NCBI GenBank assembly: GCA_951406725.2
Contig: OX597815.1
Coordinates: forward strand, 155,372,001-155,436,000
Direction of reading: 5' to 3'
Source: Octopus vulgaris
Taxonomy: Eukaryota
Length of the DNA stretch: 64,000 nucleotides
Shown here: positions 12,477-25,052 of the stretch, in pieces
Layout: the number at the start of each line of letters is the position of its first letter
Position numbering within the stretch: position 1 is the first letter of the stretch
Made by a program: the position numbers and the translations under genes
The notes under the pieces: generated by a model
What the model saw: the letters and a program-made list of their open reading frames with translations, nothing else
Database searches by the model: none
What the model was told of the DNA's origin: nothing

Positions 12477-13436
12477 TTTATGAAGGTTCGGTAGGTAGTA
12501 GCAGATTTGAAGGAATATTGTTTATGGATGCAGAGAAATGTTGGTTCTGAAATGTGAAGGTTTAAACAGTAGCAGCAGCCGAGGAAGGAGACGGTGAAGA
12601 AGACGACGACGACGACGACGAAGAAGAAGAAGAAGAAGAAGAAGAAGAAGAAGAAGAAGAAGAAGAAGAAGAAGAAGAAGAAGAAGAGAACAACAACAGC
12701 AACAACAGCGACGATGACGACTCGAGGAGGAGGCGGAGGAGGAGGAGGAGGAGGAAGAAAAAGAGGAAGTAGAAGAAGAAGAAAGAAAAGAAAAGACGGT
12801 AGACTGTTCGGGAAATCTTTAATGGTCAAGTCAAATGACCTAAAAGTGACCTGTTGGGGTTGTAGCAGTTGTGGTAGGAACTGTTCAAAATAAATTCATG
12901 GGTAGCGACTGCTCTTAGTATATCTATCGTTTTTAATATTTGCGTGGGTATTATTCGAAGATCCTTGTAGTAGAGTCATCTCAGTGGCTACCCATGAATT
13001 TATTTAGAACAGGTCCCTACCACAATTGCTACAACCACATCATGTCACTTTTTGGTCATTTGACTTGACCGTTAAAGAAGATTTCCCGAACAGTCTGCTA
13101 CAGTGTCATACCACTCCCGTCTTTTTCTTTTCTTTCTTCTTCTTCCTCTCTTTTTCCTACTCCTCCTCCTTTTTTTTCATTCTCCTCCTCTTTCTCCTTC
13201 ACCATCTCCTTCCTCGGCTGCTGCTGCTGCTTAAACCATCAAACTTCAGAACCAACATTTCTCTGCACCCATAAACACTATTCCTTCAGATCTGTTACTA
13301 CCTACCGAACCTTCATAAGGGAAAAGGGAGAGAGAGACAGAAAAAAGGAAAGTGTCCTATTTGAAGACTATGGAAATATTTACAAAACACATAATTTAAA
13401 CTTTTCTTCAATTTAATTATTTTTCTTGTTTTACTC

Positions 13437-13474
13437 TTAGTGGGAAAAATCGAAAAGTTTGAAACTGGTACTAA
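13437..13474 (+). ncRNA. Degenerate copy of the family-2 hammerhead motif
   Basis: UUAG-UGGGAAA-AAUC(GAAAA)GUUU-GAAA-CUGG-UA/CUAA. Confidence 0.35.
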
Positions 13475-13562
13475 CCTTTACAAAATGTATTTCATGATAA
13501 AATTATTTTAGGATTTTCTACCTTGTCTTATTTTCCTTATACATATCAACTCGTGATATATA

Positions 13563-13633
<71 letters not shown>

Positions 13634-13672
13634 TTACATATATATACGCACCCACACATATACAGACATACC

Positions 13673-13703
<31 letters not shown>

Positions 13704-13994
13704 AAAATCCGTGATTCACTCCCAAGTTGGGCGGAGTTTCAAACAATGCATATGTTCAGGCTGATAAAGAGTATGAGCTTCAAATTTGTCTTGTTTTAGC
13801 ATTTGTGGAAATCAAGGAGAGAAAACTGAGGCTAATATTTTAAATATTTATTAGATTTTAGCAAACATTTTCTTCTGTATTTCCAATTGCTCAAACTTTG
13901 ATTTCTTCTGCTCAGTGACCTTGGTACTTGAATCACTTTGATCAATTTCTCCGATTAGCACAACCCAAAGCTTTTTGCCATGTTAATATAGTGA

Positions 13995-14243
13995 GTTCAG
14001 TATGGAGAGTCCAGTTTGCTGGACATTGTTGTAGAGCTGAAAAAGAAGTAATTTCTACTCTTCTCCTCTGGAAGCCATCTACTCGCAATACCAGAGGGCG
14101 CACACTCTCCTATCCTGATGTAATCTCCAGGGATACAGGCATCCAGCAACAGGACCTCCGTAATGCCATGATGGACCGTGAAGTCTGGCGTAGCATGGTA
14201 AATTCCATTGTCTCGACCACGGTCGAACAATGATGATGATGAT
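13995..14243 (+). mobile_element. RTE-clade LINE 3' end
   Basis: RVQFAGHCCRAEKEVISTLLLWKP...RGR...AMMDREVWR followed by a (TGA)n tail. Confidence 0.85.
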
Positions 14244-16202
14244 CTCTTTTGTTCCAGGTTGTAAGGATTTTACTATTCTTCCGTTTCCAGAAGGATTGTG
14301 AAAGAGAAGTAGTGTTGATTCTAGATCGGAAGGACAATTATTACATAATTTGCTCTGTAAATGCAGTATATTTTCCGAAATTACTGTATTTTAGTCTGAT
14401 ACAAAACAGAGATGTTGTACTAAAATCGTTCCTTTACAGACAGTAATGCCAGTTTAAAAAAAAAAAAGAAAAAGTAACAAAAATCCAGTTACAATCTTAC
14501 AATTATAATGATCTTCCCTTTAACCGTCAAATAATTGGACAATGCACAATCAATATTGATCAGCTTCCTAACGCCAAGAAAAGATACCCAAATTCACCAA
14601 CTGACCTCTACCAACCAATGAGAACCACAAATCAGTAATAGTTCTATCCACAGTCGAGCATTTTCAGACGCTCTGAACGATTACTTACGTAAACAACTTA
14701 CAGAAGATGTAAGAGACCTGAACATCCGTAGATTTTTCTCCAAGGAGAAAAACCATCCATTTCATGCAAATAAATAAACTTTATGATGAATATTTTTTAC
14801 TCATTTGATAAGCTGAGCGTAGATAGGTGTGAATGTAAACACTCATACCTCGTTTTACATTTCCTTTGTGAAGAAAATATAACAAGTGAAACGTTGCCGC
14901 AGTAATTTATCAGTGAAAATCACAAAGAAAAACTCTGTTGTCTTTGTCTGGCCAATCCTGGAATTTCTGTTATGAATTTGAAATTTTTTGTAAGGAACCA
15001 TCTCATTCTCTCATTAGCACACACATACGAAAGAAAGCAATAATCAGCCACACTTTGTATTCTTATAATTTTTGTGGTGTCTGCTTTGGTTACAGAGTGC
15101 CACTTGTGTAATTTCATAATTTGTTAACGTGCAGCGATTTTTAACTGATTTAGTTATGTTGGTATTCCAAAGTTAGCGTGAAGCAATAGTGTTAGATACC
15201 TAACAAAAGATGAAAGAAGGAGTAGAAGGTGGTGAAAATATTGTTGTTATTGAAATATTTGCATTTATTCTGTCAAATTTTTTAAAAAATCATTATTTAT
15301 CAATTTAACAAAATAAAGTTGTCATACAAAATATATTTGTGTATAAGACAGTAATATAACGGCAAATACTTAGAAAATTCATGTGTTTAGCTGGATGATA
15401 TGTCACGATGTCATTAGTAACGATCCCAAATTATTACGTAGCAAAAGGTGTTAAATTTATTCAATCGAGGAAGTTACACGAGAGTTTGTTAATCTTCATG
15501 GACAGTTTTAAAAGCCCAAGAAACCATTTAATCTTTATATGTGCACAATTAAGTAGACAAACGTAAATATTCACCAAATATCGTTTTCAATGGACGAATG
15601 TTGACTATTTTGGAATGTTTACAGTCTAAAACTTTTACCTCAAAGGATAGAAGAAAGGCACCGAGGTGTAAAGAAACAAAATACCCCCACAGCTAGCAGC
15701 CAGAAGTTAATGCTTCGTTTAGTATGCTTCCCATATGGAAATGCTTCGGTTACAAAGGGTTTATCTTCCGAATGGTCTATAAACAATTCTACCTTGCATT
15801 TCAAAGTTAGTGTTAAAAGAACAATTTTGAGCTTCATGTATTTTTGCTTTTGGTCTACGTTCCGGATCATACTTCCAAATCTATTTCATTCGCGACTGGC
15901 ATACTTATCAGTCGTTTTCTTTCCACCAGAAACAACTCTCTATTATAGCCAATGGGTTTGGGAGATTTTTCGTTTTCAGAACATATCTAAAAGCACTTTT
16001 GAATCGAAAATTAAAAAAACACCTGAGAAAAAGTTGATCACACATGTTATATTCAAATACGTTTTAAGAAGATCATATGCATTTTAGGAAGACCTAAGTC
16101 AGACTCAATCAGTAAGAGCCTTGTACAAATAGTGCCAGTGCTTTTTAGTTTATTGACAACGAGAACCCACCTAAGAAGTGCATGAAGTATAAAGTGCTTC
16201 GT

Positions 16203-16465
16203 TCAGACAGCGAAGAGGACAAGGTTGTTTATGGAAGGCCAGCAGTCGCCCATGCATGCCACCGTCCCCTCTCCGCAGCACTGATGATGAAACAGCTTGG
16301 TACCAGCGATGTTGCAACTCATTTCTATAGCTGAGTGATCTGGAGCCATAAAGTGAAATAAAGTATCTTGCTCAAGAACACAACACGCAGCCCGGTCCGG
16401 GAATCGAACACACCACCTCACGATCGTAAGCTCGACACTATAACCACTGAGCCATGCGCCTTCAC
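16203..16465 (-). mobile_element. SINE family D (tRNA head GAAGGCGCATGGCTCAGTGG)
   Basis: A box TGGCTCAGTGG and B box GTTCGATTCC on the minus strand; homologous to 36375-36650. Confidence 0.8.
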
Positions 16466-16555
16466 ACACACACACACACACATACACACACACACACATA
16501 CACACACATATATATAATATATATATGTGTATATATATATATACAATATATAATA

Positions 16556-16597
<42 letters not shown>

Positions 16598-16607
16598 TAT
16601 ATATATA

Positions 16608-17007
16608 CTATTTTACTCTTTTACTTGTTTCAGTCATTTGACTGCGGCCATGCTGGAGCACCGCCTTTAGTCGAGCAAATCGACCCCGGGGACTTATTCT
16701 TTGTAAGCCCAGTACTTATTCTATCGGTCTCTTTTGCCGAACCGCTAGATAACGGGGACGTAAACACACCACCATCGGTTGTCAAGTGATGTTGGGGGGG
16801 GGGGAAACACCGACACACAAACACACACACACACATACACATATATATATACATATATACGACAGGCTTCTTTCAGTTTCCGTCTACCAAATCCACTCAC
16901 AAGGCATTGGTCGGCCCGGGGCTATAGCAGAAGACACTTGCCCAAGATGCTACGCACCCGGAACCATGTGGTTGGTTAGCAAGCTACTTACCACACAGCC
17001 ACTCCTG
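16608..17007 (-). mobile_element. SINE family A, full length (tRNA head plus CORE-like body)
   Basis: Minus strand begins AGGAGTGGCTGTGTGGTAAG; contains CTTGGGCAAGTGTC; multiple copies in the window. Confidence 0.85.
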
Positions 17008-17031
17008 TATATTATATATGTATTATATATA

Positions 17032-17067
<36 letters not shown>

Positions 17068-17340
17068 TGTATGTATGTATGTATGTATATATAGTTACTA
17101 CATTTCTTTATACATGTAAAACTCACTACATATAAACACAAAATAAAACAAAGTGAGAAATACGCAATTGAAAAGCACTCAATACAGCTTAGTTTGAGAA
17201 TAGACAGGTTTTAATCATGATTTTCTCACAAATTACGTGTTTCGGTTATAAAAAGCACTTTTCAGACTGACAAACGAGTGACTTACAAACTCATTATATA
17301 CATTTATGCATGTGTGTGGGCACGTGTGTAATATGCATAT

Positions 17341-17735
17341 ATTCTTTTATTCTTTTACTTGTTTCAGTCTTTCGACTGCGGCCATACTGGAGCACTGCTT
17401 AAAAAGCTTTGTAAGCCTAGTACCTATTCTATCGGTATCTTTTGCCGAACTGCTAGATTACGGGGACATAAACACACTAACATCAGTTGTCAAGCGATGG
17501 TGAGGGGATAGACACAGACACAAAGACACACATGCACATTAATATGTGCATATATTTACGTATATATATATATATACGACGGGCTTCTTTCAGTTTCCGT
17601 CTACCAGATCCGCTCACATGGCTTTGGTCGGCCCGAGGCTATAGTAGAAGTCGCTTGCCCTAGGTGCCACGTAATAGGACTGAACCCAGAACCTTATGGA
17701 TGTGAAGCAAGCTTCCTACCACACCATACAGCCAT
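17341..17735 (-). mobile_element. SINE family A, diverged full-length copy
   Basis: Colinear with 16608-17007. Confidence 0.8.
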
Positions 17736-17738
17736 GCA

Positions 17739-17789
<51 letters not shown>

Positions 17790-18117
17790 ATTAAAAATGC
17801 ATTAAATACTAAAGAAAACAGACACATAGAGCAGACACAGTAATTCTTCAGTTATCGACCGACAATTAATACACAGTTTCATACACTTAACGATAAGAGT
17901 GAGAGCTTCTCATATCGGTGGCGCCCTCAAAATTTGCGGAGAATTAGACCTCGAGCAAATAAAACAATACTGAGTGGACATATAAAAGTAAACAAATGTA
18001 ATTTAGAACGATTAACAACGACGGAATAAATACGGCCTTTCGGCCTAATAGGTGAATGATGGGTAACGCCTGGAAAACAAACACACACACACACATATAT
18101 ATATATGTATGTATGCA

Positions 18118-18457
18118 TTAATAGTTATCGCCAAGCTAATACGGCAGTCCAGAAATATAAGACGAATGCTGCCGTTGATTAGCTCCAAGAGGCCATCGCC
18201 TCTAGCTAGCTATGTGACACACGAACCTGTGTCCATTATAACCTTCGAACAGGGGAGGTCAGCCGCTTCCTGTTCGAAGGTTATAATGGACACAGGTTCG
18301 TGTGTCACATAGCTAGCTAGAGGCGATGGCCTCTTGGAGCTGATCAACGGCAGCATTCGTCCTATATTTCTGGATTGCCATATTAGCTTGGCGATAACTA
18401 TTGATATCCAGTACCGCTGCCGTAGTCTCCTTTAGAGAGACTTAGAGATATTAATAG

Positions 18458-18458
<1 letters not shown>
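18118..18458. mobile_element. Fold-back fragment of the 362-bp retrozyme-like family, lacking the ribozyme core
   Basis: ~135-bp inverted arms around the loop at 18252-18268; sequence matches 22115-22265 and 22620-22795. Confidence 0.85.
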
Positions 18459-18509
<51 letters not shown>

Positions 18510-18637
18510 GCTTACACAGCGGGGTGGCGTATTGAGTGTGTGTGTGTGCATATATATATATATTTGTGCGAACGTTTGTGTAACCAGCGAATGTACATGT
18601 TACATCTGATGGTCTGGTCGGTCACGTGATCCACGTG

Positions 18638-18677
<40 letters not shown>

Positions 18678-18714
18678 GGCTTTACACACACATATATGTG
18701 TATGTGAGTGTGTG

Positions 18715-18764
<50 letters not shown>

Positions 18765-19816
18765 GTGTGTGTTTGTGTAATTATGAATGTACGTATATTA
18801 AATTAGTTATCTCCAACTGAGTATTATGCAAACTAGTATCCATTAAGAGTATGAATTAAAAAGATTAAGTAATTATGTTACTATTTTCATTCTATTACTG
18901 ATATTACATTTGAATGTTAAAGGGTTGAAATATCATTCTCATCAATACAAGTTGATTAGTGTATGTGTGCATGCGTGTGCGTAGTTTCGGCCCTCAAACA
19001 AATATATGTCAAGGACGAGTAATATACTAAAGAAAGTTCGCAGCTGTTTTTAAAACGAGATGGAATTTACAATTAAACAGAGTAACTAATCAAAACGTCA
19101 AAGCTATTAAAGTTGTAATCTTAATTTTGGAAGTTGAATGAAACATCGGAAACAAGAGATGAAACTTGCACATTATCTTCGCCGGGAACTGGTGATGACT
19201 ATGGCATTCAATTTAGGTGAGTAGCAGTTGATTGCACTCGATTTTTATATATTTTCATAAATCCTATAGGATATTAGCGTCCAATGTTTCGTGTCCATTT
19301 ATAAAACCAAGCTGCTCTTGACCTTGTCAACTGAAATAACCCATCAATAGAAATTTTATTTTAGTTTTTCAGATTTATCACTACTTTCTTTTCCACTCTC
19401 TTCTTCCGAGTTTAGAACTCTCTGTACAATTTTTGAGTGAATATAACGATTGATATTAACCACAAAGTCATCTACTTTTATCCATTCCTCGATATTATCT
19501 CCATTCAGCTTCGATGTAAGAAAGATTTGCTGTGGGATTAGTTAGATCATGAACGAAAGAAAATCGAAGCCTTTCTATAAAACTTTAAATGCTGCAAAGT
19601 ATTTTGAGGTATTGTCACGAGGTGCTGGCTCAAACATTATACGGGGTCGATTTTTCAGTGTAGGTGCCTCTAAAACCTCTAAGTTTTAGTTACGGACTAA
19701 ACTAAATTCTTCTAAGAAATTCTTGTACTAGTTTGTCAGAGTATGAGGCGATATCAGATTTAACTGGATTTTTCAACCAACACTTAAGAGTATAAGCAAA
19801 GCTTATGAACATATGA

Positions 19817-20048
19817 AGGCGGCGAGCTGGCAGAAACGTTAGCACGCCGGGCGAAATGCGCAGCCGTATTTCGTCTGCCGTTACGTTCTGAGTTCAAATT
19901 CCATCGAGGTCGACTTTGCCTTTCATCCTTTCAGGGTCGATAAATTAAGTACCAGTTACGTACTAGGGTTGATGTAATCGACTTAATCCGTTTGTCTGTC
20001 CTTGTTTGTCCCCTCTGTGTTTAGCCCCTTGTGGGTAGTAAAGAAATA
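19817..20048 (+). mobile_element. SINE family B (AGGCGGCGAGCTGGCAG...), full length
   Basis: B-box-like GAGTTCAAATTCC; 22-bp TSD TATAAGCAAAGCTTATGAACAT (19791-19812 and 20049-20070). Confidence 0.9.
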
Positions 20049-20249
20049 TATAAGCAAAGCTTATGAACATTAACATTCACTTAGGGTTATGAACAACGTT
20101 ATTTTCATAGCCATTGATCGCTTTACATTTCCTTTGTCTGTAGCTTAGGAGGAACGACTAAAAAGTTGCCATAGTACTCATAATGCACTGACTGAAAGTA
20201 AAGAGATCTTCCTGGTTGAGGTCTTCCTGGTGCTCCTATACTGATTTTA

Positions 20250-20460
20250 AATTTTAGACACAAGGCCAGCAACTTCGGGGAAGGGGCTAAGTCATATTAC
20301 ATCGACACAAGTGTTCAACTCGTACTTATTTCATCTGCCCAGAATGGATAAAAGGCAAAGTGAACCTCGGCAGAACTTGAACTCAGAACATACAGACAGA
20401 CGAAATGCACAAAACATTCTGTCCGGCAGGCTAATGATTCTACTATCTCTCACTGCCCTG
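20250..20460 (-). mobile_element. Older SINE related to family B
   Basis: Diverged reverse complement of the family-B body with a GGCCTTGTG tail. Confidence 0.6.
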
Positions 20461-20929
20461 TGCAGGGGTAACTATATTAACCAATATCTAATTACAAATA
20501 TTCCACCTGTCCGTGCAATTTGGAACTCATGGTTTATAATTGTAAATGAAGTTCCGTTGGTTGTGTGAATGAATCAGATTTTTAGCAGGCAAGATAATTT
20601 CGTGTATGTTTAGATGTTACTGAACCACTTCAGCGAGTAATATTCCATTGAATGACAGCCAAGATCTCAGATGGATTGAAAGATAAAATTTTTTGTGCGT
20701 ATAAAGAATATTTATTGTTTTTACCAATTAGAAAATTGTGTTGAAGATTGAGTGCAAGTTATCAATCTTGAGGTGAGGAACTGAAAATAATTCTTAATTA
20801 GATAAATTATAAGAAATAAATATTTACGACACATGTACTTACACGCGCGCATACAGACATTGAAGCATACAAGCATACATACATACCAAAATACACAGAT
20901 ACATAAACACACAGGCCAACATATACATT

Positions 20930-20970
<41 letters not shown>

Positions 20971-21152
20971 ATGTGTGTGTGTGTGTGTAAGTAGATAGGT
21001 AGAGAGGTGTACAGATCAAGCTGATTGCGTCTTCAAGTTTCACCTATCGGGTTGGCAAACCAGAGAAAGAATCTTAACCTACTCATGTTTTATATCGGAC
21101 GGAGGGGTTCCTGAAAAATATATCCTTATAGTAGGCCTTTCCTTCTGTACTC

Positions 21153-21226
<74 letters not shown>

Positions 21227-21921
21227 CCTTTCTTTTAACGGCCCTTCTAATGGCCAATGTGCCTAATTTGTTTCTTGACTGTTAAATCCTTAAACATTTA
21301 TTTAGTTTACTATTGTGAACAAAATTAAATCATGAGTAGGCAATGGTTCTTTTACCAGTTGAACCAGGTGATTCTTGAAGGTGATACTTGAAGTTCCCGT
21401 CAAGCTGATCTTCTTAATAAACTTGAGTCTCTTATCTATATCTTCTGTACACCACATCACTCGTTGATGTCGACTTCTCCGATTTGAGAGCACAGTATGT
21501 CTTTCATTAGACTTTTGTGTCTACGGTCTCGGGCCAGTTGCACTGTTTGTCTGCCCATGTGCAGGATGTTTTTACGAGACGCCATTCATGCGGATGGCCC
21601 TTTGCTCACAATGGACCCATCCATCCTTTGACAAGTCTTGTTTTTAATCTTGCGGAGTGCCCACGACATCCTTCTCATCTGGCTTACCAAGTCGGAGAGT
21701 CACTGACCACCTGGCTATGAAGTAGGTAGTACTAGGTTACGTGGTACCAGGAGCAGGATTTTCCTAACCTGCAGAGTCACACCAATAGTTAATGCTCAGT
21801 TGTTATTCGCAAAAGTCTTTTAAAATAAATATTTTTGACATGTAAGTATATATATATATATATATATATATACAACATTCGAACAGGAGAGGTCAGCCGC
21901 TTCACCTTGCTAGTCAGACAT

Positions 21922-21962
21922 CTGCAGACATGTTTCAGAGTTGTTGCCCTTTATCAATGCAG
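21922..21962 (-). ncRNA. Minimal type-I hammerhead ribozyme, copy 1
   Basis: CUGCA-UUGAUAA-AGGG(CAACAA)CUCU-GAAA-CAUG-UC/UGCAG. Confidence 0.75.
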
Positions 21963-22283
21963 CGTAGTCAGAACCAGCAGGTGTCGCTACTGACCGTCTG
22001 TTCGAAGATTTTATTTACCTAGTTACAGTGGAATACATCCACTTGTTTTCAATAATAGAAATATTAAAATTACTAAGTCTCTCTAAAGGAGATTACGGCA
22101 GCGTTACTGGATATTAATAGTTATCGCCATACTAATATGGCAGTCTATAAATATAAGACTAAAGCTGTCGCTGATTAGCTCCAAGAGGCCATCGCCTCTA
22201 GCTAGCTATATGACACACGAACCTGCGTCCATTACAACCTTCGAACAGGGGAGGTCAGCCGCTTCACCTTGCTAGTCAGACAT

Positions 22284-22324
22284 CTGCAGACATGTTTCAG
22301 GATTGTTGCCCTTTATCAATGCAG
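22284..22324 (-). ncRNA. Minimal type-I hammerhead ribozyme, copy 2
   Basis: CUGCA-UUGAUAA-AGGG(CAACAA)UCCU-GAAA-CAUG-UC/UGCAG. Confidence 0.75.
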
Positions 22325-22544
22325 CGTAGTCAGAACCAGCAGCTTTAGTCATATATTTATAGACTGCCATATTAGTATGGCGATAACTATTAATATCCAG
22401 TAACGCTGCCGTAATCTCCTTTAGAGAGACTTAGTAATTTTAATATTTCTATTATTGAAAACAAGTGGATGTATTCCACTGTAACTAGGTAAATAAAATC
22501 TTCGAACAGACGGTCAGTAGCAACACCTGCTAGTTCTGACTACG

Positions 22545-22585
22545 CTGCATTGATAAAGGGCAACAACCCTGAAACATGTCTGCAG
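22545..22585 (+). ncRNA. Minimal type-I hammerhead ribozyme, copy 3
   Basis: CUGCA-UUGAUAA-AGGG(CAACAA)CCCU-GAAA-CAUG-UC/UGCAG; predicted GUC cleavage after 22580. Confidence 0.8.
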
Positions 22586-23001
22586 ATGTCTGACTAGCAA
22601 GGTGAAGCGGCTGACCTCCCTGTTCGAAGGTTGTAATGGACGCAGGTTCGTGTGTCATATAGCTAGCTAGAGGCGATGGCCTCTTGGAGCTAATCAGCGA
22701 CAGCTTTAGTCTTGTATTTATAGACTGCCATATTAGTATAGCGATGACTATTAATATCCAGTAATCTGCCGTAATCTCCTTTAGAGAGACTTAGTAATTT
22801 TAATATTTCTATTATTGAAAACAAGTGGATGTATTCCACTGTAACTATATTGATAAAAATGGTAAGACAACAAAAGAATGAAAGAGACCTCGATATTATG
22901 TAAATTGAGGAATTTATCTGTAAATGTAATATGTGACAATTATTCGGTAGCCATGATAAAACTCCGAGTTTCGGATGCTGGGGTGGAAATCCATATATAT
23001 A

Positions 23002-23099
<98 letters not shown>

Positions 23100-23736
23100 A
23101 TACTGGAATATGATATGAATAATATTTAGCTGCTACTATTAGCTAATCGAATGATCGCATAGGAACTTTCTCGTTTGCTCGGTCTACATATGTTAATAAT
23201 ATAGAATGCATTTTATGAAAACAGGAATAAAAGTACACGAACCAATTAAATGTCGAGAAAAACAGTAGTTACTATTAGGCTGGTTACTAAGTTATTATTT
23301 GTTTAGTACATATTTGTGTTAAACTTTGAGAACAGAAGGAAAATAAATTGATTTTGAATGAGTAATCTAATGCAAGCGTCTTTATGTTGCCATGATGCAG
23401 GTCTAAAGGATAAGAGTTTGTTCAGTGTAAAAGCAGCTTTGGCAGGAATTCATCGCTTCCGAAAACTGTCCTCTTTACATAATCATTGTTTGTTCCGTCG
23501 CAATGCTGAAACCTTGTAAGGAAAGGGTACTTTTGAATGATTGTCTACAGTGCATGGCTGTCGGTTATTTTATCAAAAGTGAGGCAATGAAATAAAGATT
23601 AGGCTTTGTAGAATCTAAATCCTGAGAATAAAACAAGGCCAAAACACAATGCTACATTGCATGTTATCGAATAATCATTTTTCTGCTGCTTTTACTTAAG
23701 ACTCCACCGTCATATGTTCTCTATTTTAGAATAATA

Positions 23737-24121
23737 CTAGCAGTATCGCCCGGCGTTGCTCGGGTTTGTTTCAACCCTTTAGAATTAGAATTTTTTAAAA
23801 GTAAAAATTTTGCATTATGTAGCTTGTTATTCTCTTTAAGTGAACATTTTTCTGGTTGAAATACACAGAACAATGGCCACACAGTAGTCAAAAATCGTAA
23901 AAAATAGGGATTTTCATAGAAAAAAAGCACCTTTTTGATGTAAATGATTTATAGTGTTAACATAGTCCGATTTGAAATTTTCTTCTACGGAAGGAAGAGC
24001 AAGACTTCTATCATACTTTCGATTTTGGTCAACTTGTACCGCAGAGTCTCGGAGGAGATAGTTTCAGTTGAAGGCTACCAAACCTGCCATACACAGACAA
24101 CTTCAGCTTTATATAGCGAGA
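23737..24121 (-). mobile_element. Non-autonomous Helitron
   Basis: Minus strand A|TC...CTAG|T with a subterminal CCCG/CGGG hairpin and no TSD. Confidence 0.75.
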
Positions 24122-24649
24122 TATTTGTTAAGGCGCTTGGCCCAGCGATTAGGGTGCTGAGCACTGCAACAGCTAGGTGCCAGTGTCGCCATCTCTCCCC
24201 CTCCAGTTGCTACATCCTGGATATCCGCTTTGTAGATGATTGAAGGACCAAGAAGGTGTCTAAATCTGCTTGCAACTACATAGACACCTAATGCAATTAG
24301 TGCCAGAGTAGTGCACGCTCACATATCATACTCACTTGTGACTGAGAATGTCTGGTAACCAAATCCGCAAGAGTGGCCTTCTTCATATCAAGTGCGGGTT
24401 ACATTCTTCCTAATGGAGCCGAAATCTGGTCTATGGAGTAGGAGTTTCAAGATGGTATAATTACAGAAATTCAAATTAATGTACTTTAAATCTATTGAAT
24501 ACAACAGAAAATATCCGCTGACTTACGAGGACTGTAGTAATTTTATAATTCTTTCTAATTTTGGCACAAGGCCAGCAATTTTGAGGAGAGATGGAAGCCG
24601 ATTACATCGACCCCAATGCCCCGAAAGCCACTTGACATTTTGCCAGGTA

Positions 24650-25052
24650 CTCTTTTACTCTTTTACTTGTTTCAGTCATTTGACTGTGGCCATGCTGGAG
24701 CACCGCCTTTAGTCGAGCAAATCGACCCCAGGACTTATTCTTTGTAAGCCTAGTACTTATTGTATCGGTCTCTTTTGCCGAACCGCTAAGTTACGGAGAC
24801 GTAAACACTCTAGCATCGGTTGTCAAGCGATGTTTGAGGGGACAAACACGGACACACAAACATATACGAACACACACACACACATATATACGACGGGCTT
24901 CTTTCATATTCCATCTAATAAATCCACTCACAAGGTTTTGGTCAGACCGAGGCTATAGTAGAAGACACTTGCCCAAGGTGCCACACAGTGGGACTGAACC
25001 CGGAACCATGTGGCTGGTTAGCAAGCTATTTACCATACAGTCACTCTTGCAC
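24650..25052 (-). mobile_element. SINE family A, full length, inserted in an older family-B-related SINE
   Basis: Colinear with 16608-17007; family-B-like pieces at 24550-24620 and 25052-25075. Confidence 0.85.

Larger units (their letters stand above)
11481..13530. mobile_element. Penelope-like inverted-repeat element between (TA)n tracts
   Basis: 11481-12910 (excluding the nested MITE) is the reverse complement of 12987-13530; a hammerhead-like motif lies near each outer end. Confidence 0.7.
21872..22847. mobile_element. Retrozyme-like (non-autonomous Penelope-type) 362-bp tandem repeat with an internal inversion
   Basis: Period of 362 bp (21872 vs 22234); ~1.3 units in minus sense, then ~1.4 units in plus sense from ~22341; three hammerhead motifs. 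Confidence 0.85.

Noticed and set aside
21225-21830. Higher-GC block suggestive of an exon or LINE piece
   Set aside because: No recognisable protein motif or splice structure could be supported
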